A stretch of DNA of 63,835 nt, counting the filler, from Basidiobolus meristosporus CBS 931.73 (Eukaryota > Fungi > Basidiobolomycota), in the NCBI GenBank assembly GCA_002104905.1. It is 4 parts of 4 records of this genome, joined end to end, with 100 filler letters (N's around TTAATTAATTAA, not from the genome) between each part and the next. Parts side by side here need not be neighbours in the genome. Positions count along the whole stretch, not along the records: positions 1 to 26,993 come from MCFE01000909.1; positions 27,094 to 39,740 come from MCFE01001234.1; 2 more parts are not named here. One strand, written 5' to 3'. Made by a program: the position numbers and the translations under genes. The notes under the pieces are model-generated. The model was not told the DNA's origin and searched no databases. It saw nothing but the letters and a program-made list of their open reading frames with translations. Below are positions 25,828 to 38,146 of the stretch, piece after piece (position 1 is the stretch's first letter; each line of letters opens with the position of its first letter).

Positions 25828-26704
25828 TCACTGATGCTTGGACTTCTTCTTGGCGCTCTTCTCTTTCTTGGGCTTCTTGGATTTTTGGGGAGTCGAAGGT
25901 GTACTCTCAACCTCGGCAATCTCCCTCTTCTCCCCTAAAACGCGGGTCAGTATTGAGGTTGACGCCGTGCGAAATGGATGGCATTCCTACCTGTGTCGAA
26001 GCCATAGGGTTTGAATCGCATTTTAAGTCCTTCGGGGTGGGCGCGTGGGACGTATTCACGGTCACGAATGGTGGTGGCAACTTCGGTCGAGTCAGGGATA
26101 TCGACTTTCTGAACGAGATTGAGCTTGCGAGCGAACTTGGTAGGGGCTAATCAACAATAAATCTTGCTTGAGAACCCAGTATTCCACTGCCAATGCGACT
26201 TCCTAACGATCCTTACCGCTAGTGTACTTGCTTCCCTTGGCACCGTTAGGCAACAGACAGTACATGGCGTCCATCTCTTGACCGCCTCTGGAGTTGGATT
26301 TTTCGTTATCCTCCAGGACTTCAAAGAGCTCGTATTCCCGCTCGGCAGCAGCCTTCAAACTGCCGATTTTCTTCTCCTTCCCTTCGGGGAGTTTGATCTT
26401 AAGGCCGTTCAGTTGCTCTGCAGAAATCTTTCGAGAAGTCAATCGGACTAAATCACTTGAACTACCGAGAAGTACCCTTCAAACTTACATCGAGTGGAAC
26501 ACGAATCAACCACAGTTCTTTGTCGTCGCCGATCTCTGACAGTTGGAACGGGGTTTCCTGGGTGAATTTGGCCAAGGCGAAATCTTCGGGTGGTTGATAT
26601 TCCCTAGGAAGCAATTCACGTTGGTTTAGTCAAGTTTCCAGCCTCCAGGGCTGGCCGACAAACGAGTGCCGGACACCGGCCCGAACTTGGGGAAATGCTT
26701 ACAT
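25828..26704 (-). CDS. RPA34: RNA polymerase I subunit A34.5-like; about 5 exons
   Basis: The spliced product reads MEYQPPEDF...KELWLIRVPLDISAEQLNGLKIKLP...HPEGLKMRFKPYGF followed by a Lys-rich tail (KSKKPKKEKSAKKKSKHQ*). LWLIR.P, GLK.RF.P.G and the basic tail are hallmarks of the A34.5 family. The start is uncertain (AT|G split by an intron). Confidence 0.82.
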
Positions 26705-26993
26705 GTTGTCTAGTGGACCTTCTCTATCTGGAGTACTTGGGGAAATAAAACAAAAATAAAAAGGTTACCCACATATTTGGGAATGGTACGAATTTGTTGG
26801 TTAAGCAGGGTTTTTTTCATCCCGATTTTTTTTTCTTACACATTCAGTCACAAAAGTCGTCTAAGTTATGCAAATTGCCGAATGGTCGAGTGTTGCTTGG
26901 TAGCGAAACATTTATGTGGTCTTTGGGTGGAGTTCTAGTTGGAACCTATTGTATGTATGGGTCATTATGGCGGTAGGAGAGACTTATGTAAGT

Positions 26994-27093
26994 NNNNNNN
27001 NNNNNNNNNNNNNNNNNNNNNNNNNNNNNNNNNNNNNTTAATTAATTAANNNNNNNNNNNNNNNNNNNNNNNNNNNNNNNNNNNNNNNNNNNN
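26994..27093. other. Artificial contig spacer
   Basis: 44 N + TTAATTAATTAA (stops in all six frames) + 44 N. Confidence 0.99.
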
Positions 27094-29150
27094 GCACTTT
27101 ACAAGTCCAGGGAGCTTAAAGCCATGATGGAGAGAGAAATTAAGGAAAAATTAAGAATATACACTCTTGCAATGGTAAAGTATATGCCTCAAAACTCATC
27201 ATCCACTTCTGTAAAATTCCTAGGAACAGCAAGAGAATACTATACCATACTGAGGACATGTACACAGACCATCCTGAAGGGTTTGTTGACCTTGATAACC
27301 CCCATTTGGTCTGCAAACTTAAAAAATCTCTACATGGTGTCAAACAAGCATTGAGAGCATGGATTTGCAAGATAGATTCATATTTGGAGTCTTTGAGATT
27401 CCAAGGGAGCACCACTGACTATAGTGTCTATTATAAGCCAGATAGAGCAAATCCAGCTTTATTAGCTCTGTATAGGGATGATTTTATCATAGCCACCAAT
27501 AACCTAAAACATTTGAAGACACCAGATCCAGCCTATATAAAGAGTTCAAGATGTCTTATCTGTAGGAGCTCAGTTACTACTTAGAGATTAAGTACTCCAT
27601 AGACAAAAGTACTCAGACTATCACTCTAAGCCAGCTCATATATATTCAAGATATACTAAAGAAATACCAAATAGGGTAATGTAAACCAGCAGCTAGCCCA
27701 ATGGAGACAAACCTCAACTTGGGCAACACTCAACTAAATTAAGAGAGCTTAGTGCCATCCAAAAGTCCAGAGCTTCCTTACTAATCTATGGTCAGTAGTC
27801 TGAGGTATATCATGCTTGGAACATGTACAGATATCTCATATTCAGTGGGAGTTGTCAATCAGCACAATCAGTACTATGGATCTAATCATATTGCTGCAGT
27901 TGAGCAGATTTCTAGATACTTAGAAGGAACTGCTAATATCTGCTTAAGATACACCTATGTTGTATCCAAGAGAAAAGTGTTATAAAGCTCTTGTGTGGTT
28001 TAACTAAACTAAAACTACAATTAAGCACAGAGTCTGGAATTGTCAGAGAATGGTGGAAATATTAGCAGTGAGATTCTGCTCTAATATTGGTGTTTTATAT
28101 AGCTGGATTTGGCTATAAAGGCAACAGAGTTGGTTTGCTATGCAGGCTAGACTTGGTGTTCTTGGGAGTGCTAGATATGTTAGGCTTGGGTAGAAACTAG
28201 GACAGAACTATGAATTCTTATTTTTGCTGAGACACAATCTTAATTTCATTGAGACACACACTAAACCAAAACGTTCAGCAAATTTTATTCATACTTTTCT
28301 GATCAAGTTGAGCTACTAAGTGCCAAGAGACTGGATTAGTTGAAATCAGTTTGGGTGTTGATAGTTACATATGATATAAATATAAAATATGCATTATCAA
28401 TCAGCTAATGTCTTGGCAACTACTAAGTGGTTTGATAGATCTCAGATGAACAATCACTTTGAAACGCTTAGCAGATCAGTTGAGGGCATAATGACCACAT
28501 GAAAATTGATCAAGTGTGACAGCTAAAAGTGGATTCTGAGATGAGATAAAATAAATCACAACTGGGATTAGTTATGTTTGGGTTAGGGAAAATCAGTTAG
28601 AACACTAGATTTTTTAATGGAGTTAAATTAGTTACATTTTAAATGTTGATGCACAACAAACTATAATAATTTGGTACAAGATCTTGTGGGATATTCTGAG
28701 GCCAATTTGGGACAAAACTTTGAAGTCAGAAGACCCACCACTGGATACACCTTTGCATACTGTAAAGGTACAATTTCCTGAAATTCAAGAAGGCAACCAA
28801 TCATAGCACTTTTACCACAGAGGCAGAGTATATGGCAGCCTGTGAAGCTACAAAAGGTGGAATGTGGCTAGCAAAGCTTTTTAAAGACTTAAGTTTAAAC
28901 AGAATACACCTATTGCTTTATTTTAAAATAATCAAGGATATATAATATTAGGTAGATATCCAACTTTCCATGCTGAAATTAAGAATATAGATACAATATG
29001 TAATCACTAGCTACAAATTCCAGAGAATATTGAACGAAATCCTTGTTGGGATTTACATGGAATATTTTCACCAAAATAGCAGGTATCCAGAACATGTATA
29101 TTTCAAAATTGTCCAAACAGCCACAAGCTTTGCATACATGTTCTGTGGCA
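27094..29150 (+). mobile_element. Highly degenerate Copia fragment (IN/RT/RNase H pieces, partial LTR) interrupted by a Gypsy solo LTR
   Basis: ORFs 27258-27584 and 27788-27985 match the family RT. Copia resumes at ~28659, with partial LTR sequence at ~29000-29150. Confidence 0.85.
27958..28658 (-). repeat. Solo LTR (701 bp) of the Gypsy family at 60703-63835
   Basis: TGTTG...CAACA termini; reverse-complement homology to 60703-61377; flanks ACCTA/AACTA form a degenerate 5-bp TSD inside the Copia RT-RNase H region. Confidence 0.85.
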
Positions 29151-29820
29151 ATGGAGAGTATTCCATTACTACAATATCTCTAAACCAATATTGCACTCAT
29201 TTCTTGATTTTGCTTTTTGCTATCATAACACACAAGTGAAAGATCAAGAATTTCCAACTTTGAAGAGCCAATGCTCCAGACCCTAACAAGCAATCCACCC
29301 AAGAATATTATGTCATACAGAACACGTAGTAGCCAGCACATGTTTCAAATTGCAGCTCATTTGAAGCAGTACTTAAGGAGTTATGACCAAAAGAGTCCAA
29401 TTATTATATATACTATGCCTTATTGCTAGGATTACTAGGGTGACTTTGATCACGTGTAACTTTTGAACCAGCCAATCACATCACGTGAAATTTTCATAGG
29501 TGCTACGCCTATGTCCGATCTGCGCCACTGCAAAATTTTAGCTTTGTATCACGTGTATTGCTTGTGCATTCACCCAAAAACTTTGATCCTTCAAAATTTT
29601 CATATATATAACTTCCCCAGCTGAAAAATAAAGGAGAGCCTCTCTTTCCAGAATCTCCACACTACAATTGCAAGTTTAAAGGTTATAAGACTTCCCCTGC
29701 ATCACTTGCACTGTTGAGTATTCTGACTTTGATCAGTACTACATCAGTAAAGAGACTGCAAAGCTCACAAGAATCCAATCTAAGTTCTACAAGAAACTAC
29801 CACTTTTCTGTTGGAAAAGT

Positions 29821-30072
29821 CCCCTCTAAGAAGCCCCTTTACTCAAAAGACACCCCTTTAGACACCCCTTTAGTCTAAAGACCCCTTTAGAGACCCCTTT
29901 AAGAAACCCCTTTACTCTAAAGAAGCCTCTTTAGGCACCCTTTAGTGTAAAGTCCACTTTAGAGACCACTACAAGAAGCCCCTTTACTCTAAAGACACCC
30001 CTTTAGACACCCCTTTAGGTCTAAAGACCCCTTTAGAGACTTCTATAATACACCCCTTTAGGTTAAAGGGGA
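29821..30072. repeat. Minisatellite of ~11-13-nt (GA/CA)CCCCTTTAG-type units with a ~144-bp higher-order duplication
   Basis: Many CCCCTTTA-type units interspersed with TCTAAAG; the block starting AAGAAGCCCCTTTACTC occurs at ~29828 and ~29971. Confidence 0.9.
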
Positions 30073-30099
30073 GTTCAGAATTTCCATATTAGGAAATAT

Positions 30100-31250
30100 T
30101 TTCTCAGAAAGGAAAGTGACTTCCAAATAAGGAAAAGTTTCTATAAAAGCAAATAAGCCCATTAGTTGACAGAAGGTCAGAACACTGCTGTAGAAGTGAT
30201 AAACACTGCCTACAGTATATTTTGAGCCTAAGATTGAGGAAATTAGTGAAAGTTATATCTTCTATTGGTATATCAAGCTCCCAATAAACTATTTCAGTAT
30301 TAGCATACTGGAAGTTGTTGTATATTGTTGATTAGCCTCTACATTGTAGAACAAGCCCCAAACTAATCATAATACAACACAACAGAGTGTGGTACTTTTA
30401 AGCTTCATGTTATTTGTTGGACTGGAAGAGCTTCTTTGTATGGGGTACTGCTGAATATATTTGAAGTGTGAAGTATGTTTTACTCCTGTGGTGGAGTATT
30501 TCAACACGCTGGACACCTCCCCAGGGAGGCATATTCTGATATGGATGATATGCAGCTATTCACACATGCTGGTATCAGAACAGCCACTGGGTTATGTGCT
30601 GCCAGCTGCCTAACTGTTGATCAACTGTACAAATACACAGCAAGTTGCATACAGGGAAAATTTTGGCAAGAAGTAGCAGTAAGCTCTCAAAGCTCCCATT
30701 ATTAATATTGTTGGAGGTACACTACTTCTCTAGCCACAACACAACTTCATTAACAAGTAAATGGATTACTGGGCTCACTTGACTCCATAAGTATCTTTGG
30801 CAATTTTTTTCCATTGGTCTTGTCACATTGTATACTGAGATTTTGCTAGGATTCTAAAGGGTACTGTTGTGAGAGGAGTTAGGCTTACAATCAATCAGTG
30901 AGCTGTCTTCTCTGTATCAGTCACTGTGTGCTTTATACTCAGAAGGCTCAGGTGAGCCAAAAGGCATCACAAACTTACCTCAATATGTTTGTGCATGGTG
31001 ATAAGTAAGGCTATTTGCCATTATAGAGGTATAATGTGACCTGCAAGATATTGTTTCTATAGTAGTAGCTAATCACTGCTCAAATATGGCTTGTGAGGCA
31101 AAGCACCAACTGTGATAATTCAAATACTTTCTGTGCTGTCTATAAGCCACAGGGCTGAGAGGCTTCTCACAATAGGCACATGATTGTTTTTTCCTACTCT
31201 TACAGCTTTAAATAAAAGCAGTTTTGTCCATGGGGTAACCAGCTTGGTAC
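30100..31250 (-). mobile_element. Degenerate fragment homologous to the 5' transposase region of the CACTA-like element
   Basis: Shares blocks with 50400-50960 (e.g. CTCTAGCCACAACA, GGATTACTGGGCTCACTT, GGCTGAGAGGCTT, TGTCCATGGGG). Confidence 0.6.
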
Positions 31251-31401
31251 ACAATAGTTTGATGTTTATATCACCTTTTTATCAATACTGATGTGATTTT
31301 CAGGCAGTAGACATGTTCTAATATATAGTACCACATTGAGCCATGAGTGCCAAAGGATGCCAAAGTGTGCCAGGGAGGCCAAGTGAGCCTATACTTGGCC
31401 A

Positions 31402-31920
31402 CAGAGTGTGAAGCATATCTATACATTGTCATGCAAAGCAGCCCTTGCGTTTCACCCATTGTGTTGGAGAAAATTCATTTTTTGACCTTAATTTTGAAAT
31501 CAATGTTGTGGAAGATGTGTAAGAGCAGAGAAGAACTGACAACAGGCATCTGGTACTCAACACTCATGACACGCTGAATTTAGCTCCTGTGGCTTGTGAC
31601 ATGTCAAAAAAATGCATGGCACTATAAGTGCTTTGCATAGGTTTTACATCAGGGCTGATATTAAAATATAGTGCCCAATAGTGCCAGTGTACCAAGATAG
31701 TGCCATGCATTTTTGTGACATGTCACAAGCCTCAGGAGCTAGATTCAGCGTGCCTTGAGTGTTGAGTACCAAATGCATTTCTTCAGTTCTTCTGTGCTCT
31801 AACACATCTTGCTCAATATTGATTTCAAAATTAAGGTCAAAAAATGGATTTTTTCCAGCACATTGGGTGAAACACAGGGGCTACTTTGCATGAAGATGAT
31901 GATCTATATCTCACACTCTG
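31402..31920. repeat. Long imperfect inverted repeat (foldback/MITE-like): ~223-bp arms, 73-bp spacer
   Basis: 31402-31624 is the approximate reverse complement of 31698-31920 (e.g. TTTTTTGACCTTAATTTTGAAATCAAT vs ATTGATTTCAAAATTAAGGTCAAAAAA). Confidence 0.9.
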
Positions 31921-33267
31921 TATTTAGTATATCAGTATTATCTGTGAAATCAGTAATATCAATCTGCAGATAAATCAGCAGATCCTTATCAGACAGAAAC
32001 AGGTATACCATGTAAGATCTAATTGGGTGGTGATGATGCAATCAAATGAGTTATCAGCCATAGTTTACATTAGCAGATAGAACTGGTCAGCATTTGATCT
32101 GGCACAATATGCATCAGAAGTTGGGTAGTGTTGAAATATTGAACTATTTGGTATCATTTGGAAGCTAAAGGTATACTTAACAATTTTGGAATAGTCTTAA
32201 TCACTGTTGGACTAACTTACAGCCCTAACTTTGCCAATTTCCTTAGCTCTATGGTCCTATGACTTTTCCTCCATAGTCAAGATCAAATTAGCGCTCTTAC
32301 CAAACAATATGTCTTAACCCTAAAACTGTTATTGAATGCTCCTGAATGCTAAGAAGTCCCCCTTGGTGTTATAGCTGTATTACATGGTCTTTTTTTCTTC
32401 TCTTATGGCATTGAGTCAATGTAGTCTTGTCCATGGGGCAAACTGTTTGACCTTCAACAATGTTGTGGTAGGGTAAACATACCTCACACAGACAAGTTTA
32501 TTCATATAGCCACTATGATATACTTATCCATATTTTATCTTATCAGTATTATCCCATTCTTCTTTTGCCCATATTATCAGTATTATCCCCATATGATGTT
32601 AACCCTGATTAGTTATTAGCATTAGTTATCCCAGATGTTATTCAGCTTTGTGATCAGTATATGTATCTACATAAGGCAAGTACCTGCATCAGTACCCATG
32701 ACACATGACCTAGGTCTGTGTTACCTTCCTACCATTTCAGTACCATATATGGTATTTCTATGTTGCACAGGTTTCAGACTACTGATTCCTGATCGGTTGG
32801 ATATGCTGTGCCTTTCAGAACCTTCCAGGACATTCTTGGCATATTTTTAGCTCATAGTGATGTCATCAAGAATTCTACTGATGCCTAGAATTTTCTAGAA
32901 CCTTGTCATTAGTAATCACTTGGTAATCAGAAAAAGTATTTAAGGGAAAGCAATCCCTTATCAACAAATCACCCCTTCTATCAGTAACACTTCTCCCTTA
33001 TTGATCAGCAGCTGATCACTGCACCTGCCTTCAACAGTACATCTCAGACCTGCCATCAAGGAGCTTTTCAGGGTAGTACACAAGACACAGAGAGGCCTTT
33101 GGAGACACTTGGAGCACCTAGGAAGCTAGAGGAGCAGGAGCTTTTACCATAGTGACATATTAACAAAGACACCAGCAGTTTAGACCCAGAGGTTATTGCA
33201 CCCATCAGACACCTCACACACCTTGAGTTGTATAGCTTCTCCCAGGAGTACCTCTACACCACCACAA
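31921..33267 (+). repeat. Diverged LTR-like sequence related to the 1.08-kb Gypsy LTR family
   Basis: Shares motifs with 49196-50273 (AGTAATCACTT...AAAAGTATTTAAGGG; TTATTGCACCCA; ACACCACCACAA). Its 3' end abuts the minus-strand Gypsy LTR. Left boundary is approximate. Confidence 0.55.
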
Positions 33268-36200
33268 TGTAACGCTGTGGTGGTGTATAAGTACAAGGGA
33301 GATATACGTCCAACACTTCTCAAGTGTTTTGTGTGTGGGGTGTTCACTGGGTGCAATAACCTCTGGCAAAAGCTTGCTAGGAATACTTGGGTTCTGTCTC
33401 TAATCTAATGTGAAGGGGAATAAAGCCACAAGCTTGTCAAGGGAAAACTATTGAGCTACAATCCCCAACTTAGTTGGCATCTTAACAAAAGTATATGCTG
33501 GGTTCAGCGTCCTTTGAGATGACAATGTACTAAAGCTTCCAGAGTCAAAACAATTGTAAACTCCACCAGCAGGGACTTGATAAGAATGCAGCTGTGGTCA
33601 ACAGTTACAAAGACAGAAAAGTATCTTTGCCTGTACAAGAACAAACTTGGGAAAGAATCAAATATAATAAAAGTTACCTACTCTGAGTATTCCTCACAAG
33701 TAGTGCCTCCAAGGTCAGTTGGCTGTCAGCGCGGTTTCCTGGGAGTGTCCTGTGGTCTGGGGTTGGAAGTTCAGGTAGCAGCAGGTAGCAGTGATCACAC
33801 TAATCAACAAGTCGGTATATTGATAAAAGGGATGATGATTTAATGTTGAGGGATAGCCTCCCTTATATACTTTTCTTACTGGCTAAGTGATTACTAATCA
33901 TGGTATTCCAGAAGGTTCCAGATATCAATAGAAATCTTAATGACATCAGAATGACCTAAGAATGTTCTAAGTAGGTGCCGGAAGGTTCTAAGAGGCACAG
34001 CACGTCCAACCAATCAGGAATCAGTATTCTGAAACCTGTGTAACATGGGGATACCATATATGGTATGGAAATGTTAGGGATGGTGACACGGGTTGATCCT
34101 GTGTCACGGGTACTGGCACGGGTACTTGCCTAATATAGAAGCACTTGTAGCTAGTAATCTTACATAAAGTGAGGGGTAACTTATGCAATAAGGTAAGCAG
34201 GTGTGATAGTCAACCGGCTTATGGGATAGTACTGATTGGGTAAGACAAATGGGATAAAACTAAAATGAGTGTAGTAGGGATATAGGGAAGTAGAAAATAA
34301 GGGAATGAGCACATCTGTCAGTGGGTGTCACTGTCACCCCACTACATCCACCCCCCTCTCAGCCTTGAACTTGGGTCAAAGCAAACTAATCTTGATGTGC
34401 AAAATTCCCATGCTTGAATAACTTAAGTCAATTTCCAGCAACTGGTGCTCTCAACTGGGTGTTGTCAAGCTCAGATATGTAATAACTTCCATTTCCAATC
34501 ACTTTGGAAATGAGGTAGGGGCCAGTCCATTTGTTGTCAAACTTCCAACTCCATTGCTTGTCCAAGGTAGAATCATAGAGTAATACTGGGTCTCCTAGTG
34601 ATAGTAGTTTTGGTCTTGTTGGGAGTGATTTGTCAAAGGGCACCTTGTTCTTCAGTCGTGTATCCTTAAGTTGTTCAGCAGCTCTGCTGATATTCAAGTC
34701 ATGGTGATCAAGTTGCTGTATGCGAGTTGCAAGGAGGTCTTCAGTCTGCATATTGGATCTCCAACTCAATGAGTTCCAAGTGACTGTGTTTAACTCAACT
34801 GGTAGTATGCAGTCATGTCCATAGAGTAGTTTGAATGGCAATAATCCAGTTGTTCTCTTGGTAGTAATTCTATCTGCCCAGAGTGCAAGATGTAATTGCT
34901 GTGGCCACAGTGTTGTGTTATTCTCACAAGTCTTGACAAGAGAGTTCACCAATGGTCCATGTCCTCTCTCTATCATTCCATTGGCTTGAGGGTGGTAAGC
35001 TGTTGTGAAAACTATGTGTATCTTGTACTTTGAGCACAACTCCTGGATCATTTGGGATGTCATGTCTCCTCTGTCAGCAACAAACTGTCAGATGCAGCCA
35101 AATCTGCAGATGATGTTTTCAAGTATAAATCTCCATATGGTATGGCTCTTGTTGTTGGGCAAGGCTCAAGCCTCTGCCCATCCACTAAGGTCATCTCTAG
35201 CAACAATCAGGTACTTTTTTGATCCAGCTGTTGGCATGTGGACAAGGTCAATACCAAACTTTTGCCATAGACAGTTTGTGTAAGTAGGATGCAGTGGTTC
35301 TTCATAACGCTTGGAGGATCTCTTCTGGCAGGCTACACATGACTCAACAAAGTGTTGGATATCATAGTACATGTTTTCCCAGTAGTACCTCTGAGCTGTA
35401 GTATTGTATGTGGCTTCTTGTCCTCTATGTCCTCCTGGTTCTCCTTGGTGGATACTTGTCATGATGTTCAGTTGCTCTTGAGGGGTAGTGACTACTCTTC
35501 TTGGCATAAGTCCAAGCTTCACTTGCTTAAAGAGAAGATCATCTTTAAGATAGTAGTGGTGTGCCTTCTTCCTGAGTTTTCTAAACTCCTGAATATCCAT
35601 CCAACTAGGTTTCTTAAGTGTCCTTAGATATTCCTTGATCAGACTCCAGGTAGTTCTCTCTTGGTCTTTGATGGCAATCTGTCGGAACTCTGCATCAATA
35701 TTATCATCAAAGTGAGGGTCCAAGTCTTCAAATAATTGTGGTCCCTTCCTGGAGAGTGCATCAGCCACAACATTTGTCTTGCCAGGGATATGTTTGACCT
35801 CAAAGTCAAACATTTTCAGCCATGCCATCCATTGGTTTGTGGCATCATCAGGTAGGTCAGGCTTGTTGATCATTCCTATAAGTGGCTTGGCATCTGTCTC
35901 CAGGATAAAATGTGTCATGTAGAGTTGTGACTTCAGTTTCCTCAGCATCTTCACAACTCCTAGTAGTTCTCTCTTAATCTGTGAGTATCTTTGTTCTCTA
36001 GGAGAGAATAGGCAGCTATCATATCTGCAGGCATAGCGGTTGCCATCTTCATCATCTTGTCCAAGTAGTGCTCCAGCTCCTATGGGGCTTGCATCCACTG
36101 TCAAAATAGGTGGGCATTCAGTGTTTTGACAGTCAAGAGGTCTTAGAACTGGTGGAGATACTAAGGCCTCTTTCAGTAATTGCATGGCTTCTTCTTGCTC

Positions 36201-37990
36201 TTCTTCCCAGATAAATTGGGTGTTCTTTCTCTGTAGGTGGTAAATTGGTTCTGCTATCTCAGAAAATCTTGGGATCCAGATCCTAGAGAACCCACAAGCA
36301 GCCACAAAGCCACAAGCTTGTGTGAGATTTGTGGGGGTAGGCCAGTTGCATATCTTTTGTGTCTTGGAGTCTCCAGGTGCATGACCAAAGGTGTTGCATT
36401 ATTGTCCAACAATGGATATCTCTGATACACCAAAGCTGCTTTTCTCACCACTGATGGTGAGTCCAGCTTCTTCAATGGCTCCTAATATGGCATCATTGTC
36501 TACAATATGGTCATAGACAAACTTTCTTACTCCAGGCATAAATTCAGTGGTGTCCCAGAATTTTGGTCCTTTGATGCCTATGTCATCCACAAAGACAGCA
36601 AGTTTCTCAGGTATAAACTGATACAGCACATTTACCATGCATCTCTGGAACTGAGCCATGGAGTTTGTAGCCCCTTGACTGAGTCTTGTCATCCTTAACA
36701 GTCCAAATGGTGTCTGTAGTGCAAACATATCTCTTGATGTCTCATCAAGGGGGATCTGGTCATATCCTGAGTAGAGATCATATGTTGAGTAGATGGAGTG
36801 GCCACTAAAGCTTTATGCAAAGTCATCAATAGATGGAGGTATAGCAGCAACTCTGATAGTGACAGCATTTGTAGGTTGCATGTCTTGAGTGAATTGGAGC
36901 TTTCCATTCTTCTTTTTGGTCACAAACCATCGGTTAGCATAGGGTCCATGGCAAGGTTCTAGGATACCAGCTTCTATCTTCTTCTTAAGTAGATCATGCA
37001 CATCAGCTTGGAGTCCTCTGGGCAGTGGATAAGGCTTAAATGACCAGGGTGTGTGGGGCACTGTATGAATCTTGATGGGTTTTTCAACCAATGTCTTTAA
37101 GAGTCCCATCTCCTTGTCATTATATGAGAAGACCTTATCATGCCTTTTCAAGGTCTCCTTGAATAATAGTATCTCCTCTGGTGTTAGGTTTCCATCACCA
37201 ATGATAAGTTGCTTAAGTCTCTCAGGTGTAAGTTGTATATCATCTGGTGTTTCTTCTGGTGGTCTAATGTAATCAGCAGGTTGAGATCCATCAGTCAGTG
37301 GGGTAAGTGATGGTCTAATCTTCTGTTCTACTGTCTTGTATTTTGTTTGAACCATAGCTGTTTGCTCCTGTATACCTAATGAGCAGCTCCAAATGTTGGG
37401 GTGTATATTGTCAGGCTCTTCATCTTCTTCCATAACAAGATGTGCCTTCTGGCAAGCAGTATGTATCCTCATATTGTTGGGTGTTACACCACAGAAGGTT
37501 GACTGAAGTCCTGGATTGGATCCTTGTATGGTGTACCATACTGACCCATTGGAATAGTTGGTAGTTGTAGCCTTAGTACTGGTTTCCCATGGTCTACCTA
37601 GCAGAAGGTCAAAGTTTGCCTTCTGGCAGATGAAGAGGGGAAGCCAGACCTTGATTCCTTGTACCTCAATGGGAAACTTGTGTACTACACCGTAGAGTGG
37701 ACTAGATCCTGAGTTTGCATTGGTCATGTTCCATCCAATATCTCTATCAACAGGCAGTAGCTCCTTGCTTTTAAGTGTCTTCCAGAAGTCTAGCGGCATA
37801 ACACAAATCTCTGAGCCACTGTCAATATGGCAGTCAACAGGGTCATCATATATATACCCTTTCACCACAGCAGTTGCAACTGAGTAAAAGGTCTTATATT
37901 CAGTAGTGTTGTCATCCTTTTGGTGGTCTTCATGGTTTGTCTGAATTATATGAGTGTCCATATGTTCAACAGCTTGTCATCTTGTTGGTA
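33268..37990 (-). mobile_element. 5'-truncated Ty3/Gypsy retrotransposon (PR-RT-RH-IN plus 3' LTR), defective
   Basis: Minus ORFs: 36813-37961 (protease HIDSGSEI), RT pieces (SGYDQIPL, FVDDIGIKG), 35166-36305 (RNase H, HHCC zinc finger), 34428-35063 (integrase C-terminus with GPY). PPT GAGAGGGGGGTGGA and LTR 33268-34346 (TGTAG...GTTACA). Confidence 0.95.
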
Positions 37991-38146
37991 AGAATAAAAT
38001 TTACAAACAAGTCTATTAAACTTTCACGTATTTCTGTAATCAAAGGATTGGTTTGGATAACCTTGTAAATATACAACGCAATAGTTTTTTCATCATTGTC
38101 AGATAATTTATTTAATATATCTGATCTATGACCTACAAATTTGCTA
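37991..38146. other. Short AT-rich filler of unknown, possibly foreign, origin at a Gypsy/CACTA junction
   Basis: Matches neither neighbour; open on the minus strand (SKFVGHRSDILNKLSDNDEKTIALYIYKVIQTNPLITEIRESLIDLFVNFIL). Boundaries approximate. Confidence 0.55.

Noticed and set aside
24704-26539. Numerous 60-115 aa ORFs overlapping the gene island on alternative frames and strands
   Set aside because: They are shadows of the spliced EPT1, RPA12 and RPA34 genes with no recognisable motifs. The same applies to the short antisense ORFs across the TEs.
27038-27049. Recurrent TTAATTAATTAA motif (also 39785-39796 and 57001-57012)
   Set aside because: Synthetic six-frame-stop linker centred in 100-bp N spacers. 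It is not biological, and no cross-gap linkage is claimed.
29821-30072. CRISPR-like array
   Set aside because: No unique spacers of regular length, no cas genes and a eukaryotic context; it is a degenerate minisatellite.
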